A stretch of 64,000 nucleotides of DNA from the sequence record NC_029103.1; one strand, 5' to 3'. The translations under genes were made by a program, and so were the position numbers. This document shows, piece after piece, positions 24,156 to 34,274 of the stretch; positions within the stretch are counted from its first letter, which is position 1; each line of letters opens with the position of its first letter. The notes beneath the pieces are model-generated. The model ran no database searches. It was not told where the DNA came from and saw nothing but the letters and a program-made list of their open reading frames with translations.

Positions 24156-24604
24156 AAGTCCTCACCGCTGAGCTTACTCAGTATAAGGTCTTTGGTCTGT
24201 TTCTTCCCTCCTCCTCCTCCTTGTTGTTGTTGCTTCATCTTTTGCAGTAGGTCAGTAGGATTAGTTACTCTTCTTACACGGAACTGCCTATTGGCTAACA
24301 TTACCAAGTAACAGTCCCTAACCTTAGTGTAATTAATACATACAAGTATCTGCGTCCCACTGATCTTTAGTGTCTCTAGCGATTGTATCTCGTCCAGCGG
24401 GACAAACGGGTCTAGGATGGAAAGACCTTTCTGTAGTCCGCAGTTCTTCACAATACAATTAAGGATAATCAACCTCGTCTGTTTAGGTAAATCGTCACGC
24501 AGTAATAGTTTCAGTAGGGTCTCTGGCTCGCCTTCCTCGTCCTTTTCCCCTAATGCTTCAGATATTAACGAAATCATATCGGATGGTGTAAGATCAGCTG
24601 GCAT
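24152..24604 (-). CDS. Hypothetical protein
   Basis: 150 aa, translationally coupled to the AAA gene. Confidence 0.7.
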   Translation of the reverse strand: MPADLTPSDMISLISEALGEKDEEGEPETLLKLLLRDDLPKQTRLIILNCIVKNCGLQKGLSILDPFVPLDEIQSLETLKISGTQILVCINYTKVRDCYLVMLANRQFRVRRVTNPTDLLQKMKQQQQGGGGGKKQTKDLILSKLSGEDL

Positions 24605-24962
24605 TATTCATCACCTTCAGACAGATTGGGAATTCAGGGTCGAGGTTTATATCATCTATTTTTAGGAGTTCCTTCACTCTTTCTCTAGCCTTCCTAATCA
24701 TTTGATATAACGAAATATTGTTGTCGGTGCAGGCACCTAGTGCGATATAAAAATCTAAAGCAGATGCAAGTATTGCGTCTATAACGTTTCTAACCTGGTC
24801 TGTTGGCACGTTAATGCTTACCTTGTTCTCCTCATCCTTGAACGTTATTGTGTCACTGACCTCATAGTATTTGTTAGGAAGTTTGAAGGAAAAACACTTT
24901 GCGAAGTGTTCTGCTATGGGTTCAGGTATGTAGACTCTTGTGTTAACTACATAGTATTTCAT
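24594..24962 (-). CDS. Hypothetical protein
   Basis: 122 aa, first gene of the AAA operon. Confidence 0.7.
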   Translation of the reverse strand: MKYYVVNTRVYIPEPIAEHFAKCFSFKLPNKYYEVSDTITFKDEENKVSINVPTDQVRNVIDAILASALDFYIALGACTDNNISLYQMIRKARERVKELLKIDDINLDPEFPICLKVMNNAS

Positions 24963-25092
24963 AACTTTAACTTAGGTCGTAAAGTATTAAAAAGAGTGTG
25001 TTATTATGCCCTAATGATTGAGGTCTGCTGTGTGTTTTGATAAAAAAGTTTATTATTAATAATAAAAATGTACATGGTTGAGGAGGAAAGGA

Positions 25093-25770
25093 ATGGAACC
25101 ACGTAAGGTAGCCGAACTCGTAATGAAAAGAGTAGTGAATTATTGTTTGAAGACAGACGATTACTCTAGTGAGATCGATGAAGGCGAGCTTGATACTTTT
25201 CTTGTATGTTTGGAAGACCACCGTCCATGCCAATTAAAATACTTCGTATATGAATATCTTCCTGAGAAAAAGGCTAAAGATCTTAAAGAAGCAATAGAAA
25301 ACTCAAAGTCGTTCTTGGATGAAGTGCAAAAAGAGTACGATAAGTTGTGGGAAAAAGAAATCATTTCGCATCTAGGCGAGATCTTTGGTGATGAACTGTC
25401 ATGGTCATATCTATTTGATGTATGGTCAGACGAGACACTTGATGATGAAGAAAAAGCTGAATACCTAGAAGATTTCGTCAATGCATTAAAGGAGTTCCGT
25501 GATGAAATTGAACGTGCATTAAAGGATAAGAAGCCGTTAGATGAGTATGACTTTAGTAGCTGGTTCAATTATATTAGTCACACTCTTGGAGACGACAGTA
25601 ATGATGGATATATCGATTATTATGCAGATTTTTATGATATATTGAGCGACAATGGTAAATTAGAGTTATTAAAAATATTACTAGACACGATAAAAGGAGA
25701 GTTACCCGACTTATATGATGATTTGAAGATTCTCAAGTCTAGATCAGGAGCCTTAACGAACGAAAGGTAA
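25093..25770 (+). CDS. Acidic hypothetical protein, paralogue family B
   Basis: MEPRKVAELVMKRVVNYC.. similar to 367..1032; SD GGAGG before ATG 25093. Confidence 0.75.
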   Translation: MEPRKVAELVMKRVVNYCLKTDDYSSEIDEGELDTFLVCLEDHRPCQLKYFVYEYLPEKKAKDLKEAIENSKSFLDEVQKEYDKLWEKEIISHLGEIFGDELSWSYLFDVWSDETLDDEEKAEYLEDFVNALKEFRDEIERALKDKKPLDEYDFSSWFNYISHTLGDDSNDGYIDYYADFYDILSDNGKLELLKILLDTIKGELPDLYDDLKILKSRSGALTNER

Positions 25771-25783
25771 AACTTCTTAATAT

Positions 25784-27685
25784 CTAAACCTTCGAATACA
25801 CGACCGAGAACAGTTCGCTTGCATCATAATTATTAAATTTGTAATATTCGTCACAGATCTCATCTATAATATACTGCATACCATCAGGTACTTCGTCATC
25901 ATCATATACATGTATACATGTCACCACTAAGTTGTTGTTTCTTACGAAGTTCTTAAACTCCTCAAGTGTAAACTTGTTGTAACCTGTCTCAAAGTCGGAC
26001 ATTATAAAGATCTGTCTCACGTCCTTTAGTCCCGGATAGTTATTGTAATAGCTCATGAATTGTTTTAGTGCAGACATCATGTCCGTTCCTCCTCCAGCTT
26101 CGACCTGAGCTATTTCGAAAACGTTGTTAACATCCAGAGGCTCGGTTGACGAATAATCAAAGTACTGTACGAATACCTTCTTGTTATTCTTTTCAGCTTC
26201 CATAGCAGAAGCTAGGGCTACGGCAGAGACGTTTTCAAATGCAGTGTACCCATTTGGCATTTCACTGTTCATCGACCCGCTTTTATCTATCAAGAAATAG
26301 AAGTCTCCTACTCCCTCATTTTCTACTGCCCTTTGTAGTAAGGCTCTGTTAGTATAGCGTTCTAAGAAAATCTCGTCCGGTAGGAGTAGCTGGCTCTTAA
26401 ACATATGCTTGAGGTTATTCCCGATCGTTATCCCCTTCATCACGCCTCCTTGGTCTTTAACGCCTTTGTTAGCGTACTCCAAATCAACTTGGTTAGCTAA
26501 AGCAAGAATCCTGTTAGCCCTCTCCAGTAATTCTAAAATTCTAGGATTGGCTTCCTTTAACATTCCTCCTCCTGAGCCTTTTCCTATAGATAACGCTGAC
26601 AAAGACTTCTCAAGACTTTCTTCCAGTTCATCTAAAATCATTGCTTCTTCCTCCATGTCATTTTCAAGTTCTTCATAAATCTCTTCTATTTCTTGTCCTT
26701 CTCCTTCTGATTCTTGTTCACTGCCTTGACCTTGGTTACCTTCTCCTCCTTGCTGTCCTTCTCCTTTTGATTCACCTTCTCCTTCCTGTCCTCCACCTTC
26801 ACTACCTTCACTCTCTTCACTACCACCTTGTTCGCCTTCTTCCTCTCCTAGTTCTCCTCCTTCTTCACCACCTTCCCCGCTTTGGCTTCCCTCACTTTCA
26901 CTTTCCTCTCCTTCTTCCCCGTTTTGTGATTCTCCTTCTCCACTCTCCGCTTCTCCTCCCTCTCCTTCTTCTCCACTCTGGCTCTCCTCATTCCCACTTT
27001 CTCCTTCTTCTGATTCCTCCCCTTCTTTGGCACTACCTTGTTCTCCTTCATTTCCTTCTTCTCCACTTTGTGATTCCCCTTCTCCTAATTCTTGTCCTTC
27101 TTCTCCTTCGTTTTCGTTTCCTTGTTCTGCTCCCTCTTCTCCACCTTCACCTTGTTCTTCACCATTTTGAACTTCTACACTTTCTTCCCCGCTTTGTTGT
27201 CCTTCTTCGCTTTCTTGCCCTTCTTCACCTTCTCCGCTATTCTGACCTTCTTGTTTCTCACTGTTTTCTCCTTCATTCCCACTTTGTTCTCCTCCTTCCT
27301 CTCCTAGTTCTCCTCCTTCTTCACCACCTTCCCCGCTTTGTTCATTTTCGCTCTGTTCCCCTTCTTCCTCTCCTAGTTGTGTTTCCCCTTCTTCTATACC
27401 CAGTTGTTCTCCTTCTTGTTGTTCCCCTTCGTTACCTTCTTCACTTTCTTGCTCCTCGCCTTGCTTGTTCCCCTTCTGGCTTTTTTCACCTAATTCTTGT
27501 CCTTGTTGCTCTTGACTCTCTTCCCTTTCGCTTTCCTCTCCTTTCTGCTCACTTTCCTGCTGTTCTCCTTTTCCGCTTTGCTTCTGCTCTCCTTGTTGCT
27601 TTTCTCCTTTGTTTGGTCTATTGCGTCTGAGTTTTCTCTCTTGTAACTCCTGTTGTAACATCTGTTTGATAGTGTTAAAGGACAA
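25784..27685 (-). CDS. von Willebrand factor A domain protein with long Glu/Gly/Gln linker (MoxR partner, ATV p892-like)
   Basis: MIDAS DKSGS, GGT and SD motifs in the C-terminal half; adjacent to a MoxR ATPase. Confidence 0.9.
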   Translation of the reverse strand: MSFNTIKQMLQQELQERKLRRNRPNKGEKQQGEQKQSGKGEQQESEQKGEESEREESQEQQGQELGEKSQKGNKQGEEQESEEGNEGEQQEGEQLGIEEGETQLGEEEGEQSENEQSGEGGEEGGELGEEGGEQSGNEGENSEKQEGQNSGEGEEGQESEEGQQSGEESVEVQNGEEQGEGGEEGAEQGNENEGEEGQELGEGESQSGEEGNEGEQGSAKEGEESEEGESGNEESQSGEEGEGGEAESGEGESQNGEEGEESESEGSQSGEGGEEGGELGEEEGEQGGSEESEGSEGGGQEGEGESKGEGQQGGEGNQGQGSEQESEGEGQEIEEIYEELENDMEEEAMILDELEESLEKSLSALSIGKGSGGGMLKEANPRILELLERANRILALANQVDLEYANKGVKDQGGVMKGITIGNNLKHMFKSQLLLPDEIFLERYTNRALLQRAVENEGVGDFYFLIDKSGSMNSEMPNGYTAFENVSAVALASAMEAEKNNKKVFVQYFDYSSTEPLDVNNVFEIAQVEAGGGTDMMSALKQFMSYYNNYPGLKDVRQIFIMSDFETGYNKFTLEEFKNFVRNNNLVVTCIHVYDDDEVPDGMQYIIDEICDEYYKFNNYDASELFSVVYSKV

Positions 27686-27761
27686 ACCTTGTAGGCTCTT
27701 ACGCTGTATCAGGAGCTGGATTTCGTCTAATTTTTCATTTATGTGGTTAATTCTATCTAAA

Positions 27762-27995
27762 TCAATATTTTTTTAGAAAATTATAAACGAAATAGGCGAG
27801 GATTGCTGGGAACTGTAGTAGAAGTTTGTTTTGCTCTGACGCTATCTTAACAAGTTTATGCACAGTATTCCATACACTGTCCTTAATATCGTCTCCAATT
27901 TTAAGAGATTTCGTTACAGTTTCAAAAATAGTGTTTGTTAGTTCTGTTAGNTGTCTCTCTTCTTCATCATTATTATTATTAAAGAAGCTTTGCAT
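27762..27995 (-). CDS. Small hypothetical protein between MoxR and vWA genes
   Basis: 77-aa ORF in operon position. Confidence 0.55.
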   Translation of the reverse strand: MQSFFNNNNDEEERXLTELTNTIFETVTKSLKIGDDIKDSVWNTVHKLVKIASEQNKLLLQFPAILAYFVYNFLKKY

Positions 27996-27999
27996 ATTC

Positions 28000-29784
28000 T
28001 CACTTTATCTGCGAAAGTGTTTTTAAATCCTTTTCTAATGTGTTAACAAAATCTAGTACCCTAGTCTTTGCCTCACTAAAAGCATTGTCAATACTCTTCA
28101 TTATCTCCTCTTTTTGATTTAGTACGACAGCTTCTTTTGGTAGTACGTCAGAAAATTGCGGGAAGAATTTCTGTATTCCCAGGATGAGTTTTTTGTTCTC
28201 TTCATTCCCTCCTAGTTTCGTTAGTTCGTTAATTTTACTTTCAATTTCCGCTTTTGTCTCGTCATAAGCCTTCTGGATCTTCTCCAACTCTTCAGTTTTC
28301 AGGCGATTTATATCTATCTTGTTCGAGATATCAGATACAATACTTTGGAGGAGTTTACGCGTTAAAGTCCTTACTCTAACATTATTTGAATACTTAGTTT
28401 CAAGATCGCTTAAGGTACTTACGGCTTTTATGAATTTATTCAACTTATCGTATGTGTTAGAACCACTTGTTACGTCCGAAAATTTTACGATAAGGTCTGC
28501 TCTGTCTTTTGCTAAATCGGGAGACGACGCCGGGAATGAGCTAGTAATAACATTTACAGCAAAAGCCGACCTTTCGTCTATCAACTTATTCAGGTTTTTG
28601 TCATTAAGTATGTCCTTTGTTTTTTCAGCAACAATATTTAATATGTCATTAATATTAATAGAAGACTTATTCGACCCGTTATTAAAATACGCCTCGATAG
28701 TTTTCGAGATTATAGGAGTTATTATATTTCTTAGCTCTGGAGTGAAGGGAATTGTAAGGTAGAACGCTAATGCAGTATGTACTGGTGTAATTGTTGAGTT
28801 GCCGAACATTTCNCGTAAGGCGTTAGCGACNTGCATTACGCTTTTGAACTTCCTTTCGCTGATCGTCAGATATCCTCCCATCGATTTGAAGTAAGTCCTA
28901 ACAATTCCGGAATCACCAAACGTCCTCGGGTTTTGCAAAGCCCGTCCTATTTCACCTAAGATGAGGTTAGCTTGTCTGACNGCTTCGAGGGTAATATCCT
29001 CTGTCACATATTTCGTGTAATCTGAAAGGATTTTATCCTGAATTTTTTTGACTTCGTCGTAACTCGTTACAATCGGAATGGAAGTAGGCTTAGTCGCCGT
29101 CAAGACTTTATAATACCTTTCCGCGATGGAGTTGAGGTCTTGTATGTCTTCCAAGTTAGGCGAAAGAACTGTAGCAAATATCTTGAACCTGTCTAGGAAT
29201 GCTCTGTCCGCTTGTGTATTTACTCTTACTTCGTTTGACGCAGAAAAGAACGCTAGCCAGGGTAACGAGATCTCTTTACTTCCGTTCCTGAACTTCTTTT
29301 CGTTAATAGCACGAAATAGCGATTCGGCAAGGACTTTGTTGCTCTTGAAAATCTCGTCTATGAAAACCAGCTTTGCAGAAGGTAGAAAGCCTTCTGTGAT
29401 GTACTCTAGTACTCCTTCTTCCCTTAGTTTCTTTAGGTTTGCATTCCCAAAGATATCCTCTGGTGTCATCGCTTCGTGAGCTAGCACTATAAAAAGCTCT
29501 TCTGGCTTAATTCCGTCAATCATCCTCGAAAGGATCTCGATAGTATAGGTTTTTGCGGTACCTGGGTCTCCGATGAGCAGTGTAGGAAAACCTGTTAAAA
29601 GTCCTGTTATAACAGCTGTTTTGACGTCTTCATTTCCTACTACGTATTTATCTAACTCGTCTTTCAAACGCCTTGCAATAGTAGCCACGTCGGTAGAAGA
29701 AGAAATCTCGGCGTTTTGTCCTCCTTGTTGTTCTTGCATTTGCATAAGAACATCTGGTATCAGAAGCTTATAATTCTTCCTCAA
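28000..29784 (-). CDS. MoxR/RavA-type AAA+ ATPase (ATV p618-like); real start probably 29739-29745
   Basis: Walker A GDPGTAKT, PEDIFG, Walker B FIDEIFK, ASNE, AFLDRF. Confidence 0.92.
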   Translation of the reverse strand: MRKNYKLLIPDVLMQMQEQQGGQNAEISSSTDVATIARRLKDELDKYVVGNEDVKTAVITGLLTGFPTLLIGDPGTAKTYTIEILSRMIDGIKPEELFIVLAHEAMTPEDIFGNANLKKLREEGVLEYITEGFLPSAKLVFIDEIFKSNKVLAESLFRAINEKKFRNGSKEISLPWLAFFSASNEVRVNTQADRAFLDRFKIFATVLSPNLEDIQDLNSIAERYYKVLTATKPTSIPIVTSYDEVKKIQDKILSDYTKYVTEDITLEXVRQANLILGEIGRALQNPRTFGDSGIVRTYFKSMGGYLTISERKFKSVMXVANALXEMFGNSTITPVHTALAFYLTIPFTPELRNIITPIISKTIEAYFNNGSNKSSININDILNIVAEKTKDILNDKNLNKLIDERSAFAVNVITSSFPASSPDLAKDRADLIVKFSDVTSGSNTYDKLNKFIKAVSTLSDLETKYSNNVRVRTLTRKLLQSIVSDISNKIDINRLKTEELEKIQKAYDETKAEIESKINELTKLGGNEENKKLILGIQKFFPQFSDVLPKEAVVLNQKEEIMKSIDNAFSEAKTRVLDFVNTLEKDLKTLSQIK

Positions 29785-29792
29785 ACAGCAGT

Positions 29793-30509
29793 TTGAGCGT
29801 TAAAATACAAACGCACTTTTTAAGGCTTTCGGGACAAGGAAATAACATGAGTCTAAACCCCAACAACAATAAAAAGCAACAACAACAGCAACAAGAACCC
29901 GTTTATGAAGTATCCGGAGCTACACCAACACCTTCTCCTCCATCACCACCACTGTTCACGCCTTTACAACAAACCCAACAACAACCTCAGTTATCGCCAC
30001 TTGGGAAAAGAAATATTGTAAAAGTAGACCCAAACTTAGTCAGGCAAGCAATTAGGGAAAAATCTATCATACCGACTAGGCAGGTGACCCAAAAAGAAGC
30101 AATCCAAATAATGTCTATCCAAGAAATCCTAAACAATTACGTATTAATCCTAACAAAAGACCTTAAGAGCGGGTCTCTGCAGTTCTACGGTACCCCATAT
30201 AACGTGGACGAGACTTTCCAGATCTTATTATCAATCCTGACGGACAGGTTTTCAAGCCTTGCAACTGATGAACTGTCTGAAAAGTTCTCGGAGCTTCAGG
30301 CTTTGATATCAAGTGATGCGAACTACGATGATATAATAGCGAAGCTTAACCAGGCACATAAACTAGTAGTGTTATTGTTGTTAGCGTTCGAGAGGAGCAT
30401 AATGGAAGTCGGAGGAGTAACCACTTCAAAGATGAGAGTAGAGATGTTGTCACCACTCGAAATTGCACAGACGCTAGGTATAACACCGATAAGCACCGAT
30501 AGGTTGTAG
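29793..30509 (+). CDS. Hypothetical protein with Q/P-rich N-terminus
   Basis: 238-aa ORF divergent from MoxR. Confidence 0.7.
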   Translation: MSVKIQTHFLRLSGQGNNMSLNPNNNKKQQQQQQEPVYEVSGATPTPSPPSPPLFTPLQQTQQQPQLSPLGKRNIVKVDPNLVRQAIREKSIIPTRQVTQKEAIQIMSIQEILNNYVLILTKDLKSGSLQFYGTPYNVDETFQILLSILTDRFSSLATDELSEKFSELQALISSDANYDDIIAKLNQAHKLVVLLLLAFERSIMEVGGVTTSKMRVEMLSPLEIAQTLGITPISTDRL

Positions 30510-30512
30510 AAG

Positions 30513-31572
30513 GTGCTTGTTATGGAACTGAAAGACAATTTATCGTGGTTTTTTGCAGGACTAGGTTTAACCAGTATAGGGACTGCGTTCTTAGGTGACG
30601 GAAAACCGTATTTACTACCTCCCGCGTTCCTAGTTGTTGCTCTAGGTATGCTCTCTATATTCGTGAGACAAAGAATACTCATCGTTTCGGCTTTTGTTAT
30701 TGCGACTGTTACAGCGGTAGCGAATATAATGACGGGCTTACCTGTCCTAACGGATGAAGAAGCGATAATATTATATGCGTCGCACCTATTCTTGGACGGA
30801 AAAAACCCGTACCTTTACTCAATGGCTAAAGCGTTTACCATATATCACGTCCCGTATAATGTTGTGACCGGCACAACATCAAGTTCGTTTATGCCGTCAG
30901 TCTATATTTACCCTCCATTATCGTTCATCAGTGTCGCAGTTCTGCACAACCTTGAAACAGTAGACGTAATAACAGCTGTTTTAGCTTTTGTGTATTCCTT
31001 CCTCAAAAGACACGAAAACGTTTTCATCGCGTCTTTTTTNCNATTTTCCAGCACTTTCGTACGATTTTTGCGACAGGGCAAGAACTGAACCTTTTTGCAT
31101 ATTCTATAGCGTTTATAGCGTTTGCTTAACGAGAGGTTTCAGATACATACTCTTGGGGATATCTGCAGACGTAAANCAGTTCGCGATATTGATAGCAATC
31201 CTTCTGGTTAAGTTTGAGAGACAGAAACTAAGGAAGATAGTAGAGTTCACGTTACCGTTACTGCTCTCCTCAATACCTTTCCTTTCAAAACAGTACCTCG
31301 CGTCCGTTATAACTATTACACAACCTGTCGCACAACAAGGAGTCTCATTTTCACTCCTTACAGCATTCGGCTTACCTATACCTTCATTTATGTATACTGT
31401 GCTACAGGTGTCTCTTTTCACATTAATCCTATTATATAATAATAAGAAAGAGTTGGCTTGGGGTCTCCCGGCGTTGATATGGATATTCTCTTATAGAGAT
31501 TTAGCGTATTTTACATTTTATTTTGCGATACAGTACGCAGAATGGATGGTGAATGAAGATGCAAAAGTTTGA
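30513..31572 (+). CDS. Multi-pass GT-C-like glycosyltransferase (GT87/DUF2029-like), frameshifted in consensus
   Basis: TDE..YA..L.L.GKNPY and YIYPPLSF motifs; many TM helices; two overlapping ORFs. Confidence 0.6.
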
Positions 31573-32218
31573 ACTTATACTAACATTAGCTGTTGTGGTA
31601 CCCTCCCTTTTCACGTTCTCTATCTTTTTCTATCACTCACAATTACACGGGAAAGTAGTGGGTTTTTACGATGTAGGAAAGATAAATATGTACAACGTGA
31701 TAACGGTATGTGTGCAAAACCCTACCGATAAAACGTTTGTATTGGTTCCGGTAATTAATAGCCACCGTTGGTACCCAAACACAATAACCGTGAAACCGCA
31801 TGAACGTGTTATAGTAAATGTTACAGCACCGGATCCTACTATTGCTATTTCGCAGGACTCTCCGTATGTAATTACGTTCTACTTGTACAATACTAAAACA
31901 GCCATTTTCTCGCTAAACGGTTTCGCTCCTGCAGGTATGATTTACCCTATCGTGAATCCTAATTTTACTGTACTGTATAACTCGTCTTACGGGGTATCGG
32001 AATACGGCTGGCAGATAGTATATTATGGGAATATAACGGTGCAGAAGGGGAAAATTACGGTAAATGGTACGGCGTTGATAGAACAGACATTATACTACCC
32101 AATAAATGGGAGCATAACAGTTGTACATGACGGTGGAGAAGTAAAATCATGTATATGTGATAATACTCTAGTAATATACGCACAAAATACGACGATATGT
32201 TCAGTGATTATTACTTGA
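31553..32218 (+). CDS. Membrane-anchored beta-rich protein
   Basis: N-terminal TM helix, several sequons. Confidence 0.65.
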   Translation: MKMQKFELILTLAVVVPSLFTFSIFFYHSQLHGKVVGFYDVGKINMYNVITVCVQNPTDKTFVLVPVINSHRWYPNTITVKPHERVIVNVTAPDPTIAISQDSPYVITFYLYNTKTAIFSLNGFAPAGMIYPIVNPNFTVLYNSSYGVSEYGWQIVYYGNITVQKGKITVNGTALIEQTLYYPINGSITVVHDGGEVKSCICDNTLVIYAQNTTICSVIIT

Positions 32219-32232
32219 AATTAAAAAAGAAT

Positions 32233-32892
32233 TTAATATGTTAATTGTAGTGAATTATATTCTTTTATTTCCTTATCTATATCATACATTATGTTTCCAA
32301 TGGAATCCAAAAGCGTAGCTAGTGCTTCAAGCTGTGCATTTTCGGTTAAAGAATGTTCATAGAGATCGAGGTAGTGATCAAAATCATTTATATATGACAT
32401 CCCACCATTTTTAGCTATATCGTCTGCATATTTTCCTAGCTCATTATCTTTCAACGGAGTTTGACTTTTTAGTGCGTCCAATATGGCTTTGCCTAATTCA
32501 TCTAGGGCATTATTCAACGTCTCAAGCCGATGTTTCTTTTCATTATCGTCTATTGAATCATCTTCTATTATTGATTCATAAACCCACTGGATTTGGTCAC
32601 GCAAGTTTTCTGCTATAGCTTTTGCAAGTTCGGACATCCATACTTTTTTGTATTCATCCTTAAGCGACCTCCAAAAAGCCAAATTGCCGTTTTCTAGGAT
32701 TTCTCTTATTTTTTCATCATTTCCGTAATAATCGCCACTTGCTTCTAAGAAATTTTCTAGTTCTTCTGGAGGGTGCAGAAAAAGACAGTCCAAATATGAC
32801 GTTGCTGGATTGTTGGTACAGTATGCTCTTACATTATTTCTTACCATTTCTGCTATTTCTGCTATATATTGTGGACTTATGTTTGAATCCAT
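32233..32892 (-). CDS. Acidic hypothetical protein, paralogue family B
   Basis: V..YCTN..LDCL..H.P..L..F and LE.L..LLD.IG pattern. Confidence 0.75.
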   Translation of the reverse strand: MDSNISPQYIAEIAEMVRNNVRAYCTNNPATSYLDCLFLHPPEELENFLEASGDYYGNDEKIREILENGNLAFWRSLKDEYKKVWMSELAKAIAENLRDQIQWVYESIIEDDSIDDNEKKHRLETLNNALDELGKAILDALKSQTPLKDNELGKYADDIAKNGGMSYINDFDHYLDLYEHSLTENAQLEALATLLDSIGNIMYDIDKEIKEYNSLQLTY

Positions 32893-32988
32893 AAATCCTC
32901 ACTTAAAAAAATTCTGAGACGATATATATAAGCCTTTCTTAAACAGCTGTTTGAGGTTTATATACCGGTTTTTAGAGTATAAAATAGT

Positions 32989-33270
32989 GTGAGCAAAATG
33001 TCTCAGGAATTTTCAAATGACGAAGAAGGAGAAAGTATTTTCCGTTATTCTAATAAAAGCCTGCTAAAGCTAGATTGGGATGTTGTCGATAAATTAATAG
33101 AATCATTCCTAAATGAACACATGAGGACATGGAGTGAATATAATTACTTCATCATTGATGACGACACACTACTGATTAAGGTATACGAGGCACAAGGTGA
33201 GGTTGAGCCGGCGTTCACAGTAAAAGCTAGGTTAGAAGGCGACAGGCTAGTAGTCGTCGAGGTAAGATAA
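32989..33270 (+). CDS. Small hypothetical protein
   Basis: 93 aa, promoter with palindrome. Confidence 0.7.
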   Translation: MSKMSQEFSNDEEGESIFRYSNKSLLKLDWDVVDKLIESFLNEHMRTWSEYNYFIIDDDTLLIKVYEAQGEVEPAFTVKARLEGDRLVVVEVR

Positions 33271-33552
33271 GTGAAAGTTCCGGTGTTCATAAGATATAGG
33301 GACATAGAGGACATTTGTGATTGTGATGGACAAGAGGGGATAATATGCGACGATTATAAAGGTTATATTGACATTGGTGTTGATGATGTTGAGTTTGACA
33401 ATGATGATTTAGAAGAGATTGTCAAGGAATATGGAGATGATATCTTGGAAGATATAGTAGAGAAATACCTTGATGATATTGCAGACATTTTAATGGAGGA
33501 TAAACGTCTTCTGGACAAACTGCTCAGAAAACTAAATATAAATACATGGTAA
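33271..33552 (+). CDS. Very acidic small protein
   Basis: 93 aa, D/E-dominated. Confidence 0.7.
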   Translation: MKVPVFIRYRDIEDICDCDGQEGIICDDYKGYIDIGVDDVEFDNDDLEEIVKEYGDDILEDIVEKYLDDIADILMEDKRLLDKLLRKLNINTW

Positions 33553-33606
33553 ATTCTTTTTCGGACTAACTTCCTTTTGCCCTTCCAAGAGGTTCGGGCT
33601 TTCCAT

Positions 33607-34188
33607 CTAACGTGGAATATTTATATTCATCCTGATGAACTGTAATGCTTTCAGTAACTGTGTTTTCTTCTCAGTTACGCATTCTCTATAGTACTTCGCC
33701 GTGCATTTCTTCTCAATAGTGTTTTCGTCTATACCTAATTCGCTGACAAGCGTCTGATATAACGACGTCCCCTTAATACTGCTAATCATAGTAGCCGTCC
33801 TAATTTGCACGTCCTTTAGGATGCTAAGCACGGTGAGTACGTCAAATCCGTTGGGATTAACGAATTTCGTCAGTACATCTATCAGATACGAACTTTCAGC
33901 AACAAGTCCTTCCTCGTTGACGTAAAACAGATGTTTTTTCCCTGTACTGTTCAGTATTTTCGTAATCAACGACTTAACGTCCTCGCCAGAAGCATTCATC
34001 ACGATGAACATAATATCGCAACCGATCTTCAGTATCTGCCTTAGTTCGTCCTCAGATGTAGCACTTTCATATTTTTTGAGGACTAATTCCCTCCACAGCT
34101 CTTCTATCTCGTCACTGTAATATGTGAGCATTATAGTGTTTAGCCTTTCTATGGCTAAGGTAGGATATACCATGCTGTTGTTCCCCAT
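33607..34188 (-). CDS. Hypothetical protein
   Basis: 193-aa ORF. Confidence 0.65.
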   Translation of the reverse strand: MGNNSMVYPTLAIERLNTIMLTYYSDEIEELWRELVLKKYESATSEDELRQILKIGCDIMFIVMNASGEDVKSLITKILNSTGKKHLFYVNEEGLVAESSYLIDVLTKFVNPNGFDVLTVLSILKDVQIRTATMISSIKGTSLYQTLVSELGIDENTIEKKCTAKYYRECVTEKKTQLLKALQFIRMNINIPR

Positions 34189-34274
34189 ACATACCTCTTT
34201 ATATACGATGAATTGGAACTGTTCAGGAGTAGGGACTTCGTTTTCTTTTTTAGTATATACCGTTGCTCACCACC

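Noticed and set aside
26641-27630. 329-aa Leu-rich plus-strand ORF and other antisense ORFs (e.g. 1198..1638, 1880..2548, 18203..18415, 49461..49793)
   Set aside because: Shadow frames of low-complexity or real opposite-strand genes; 49461..49793 masks the true aCcr1-like gene
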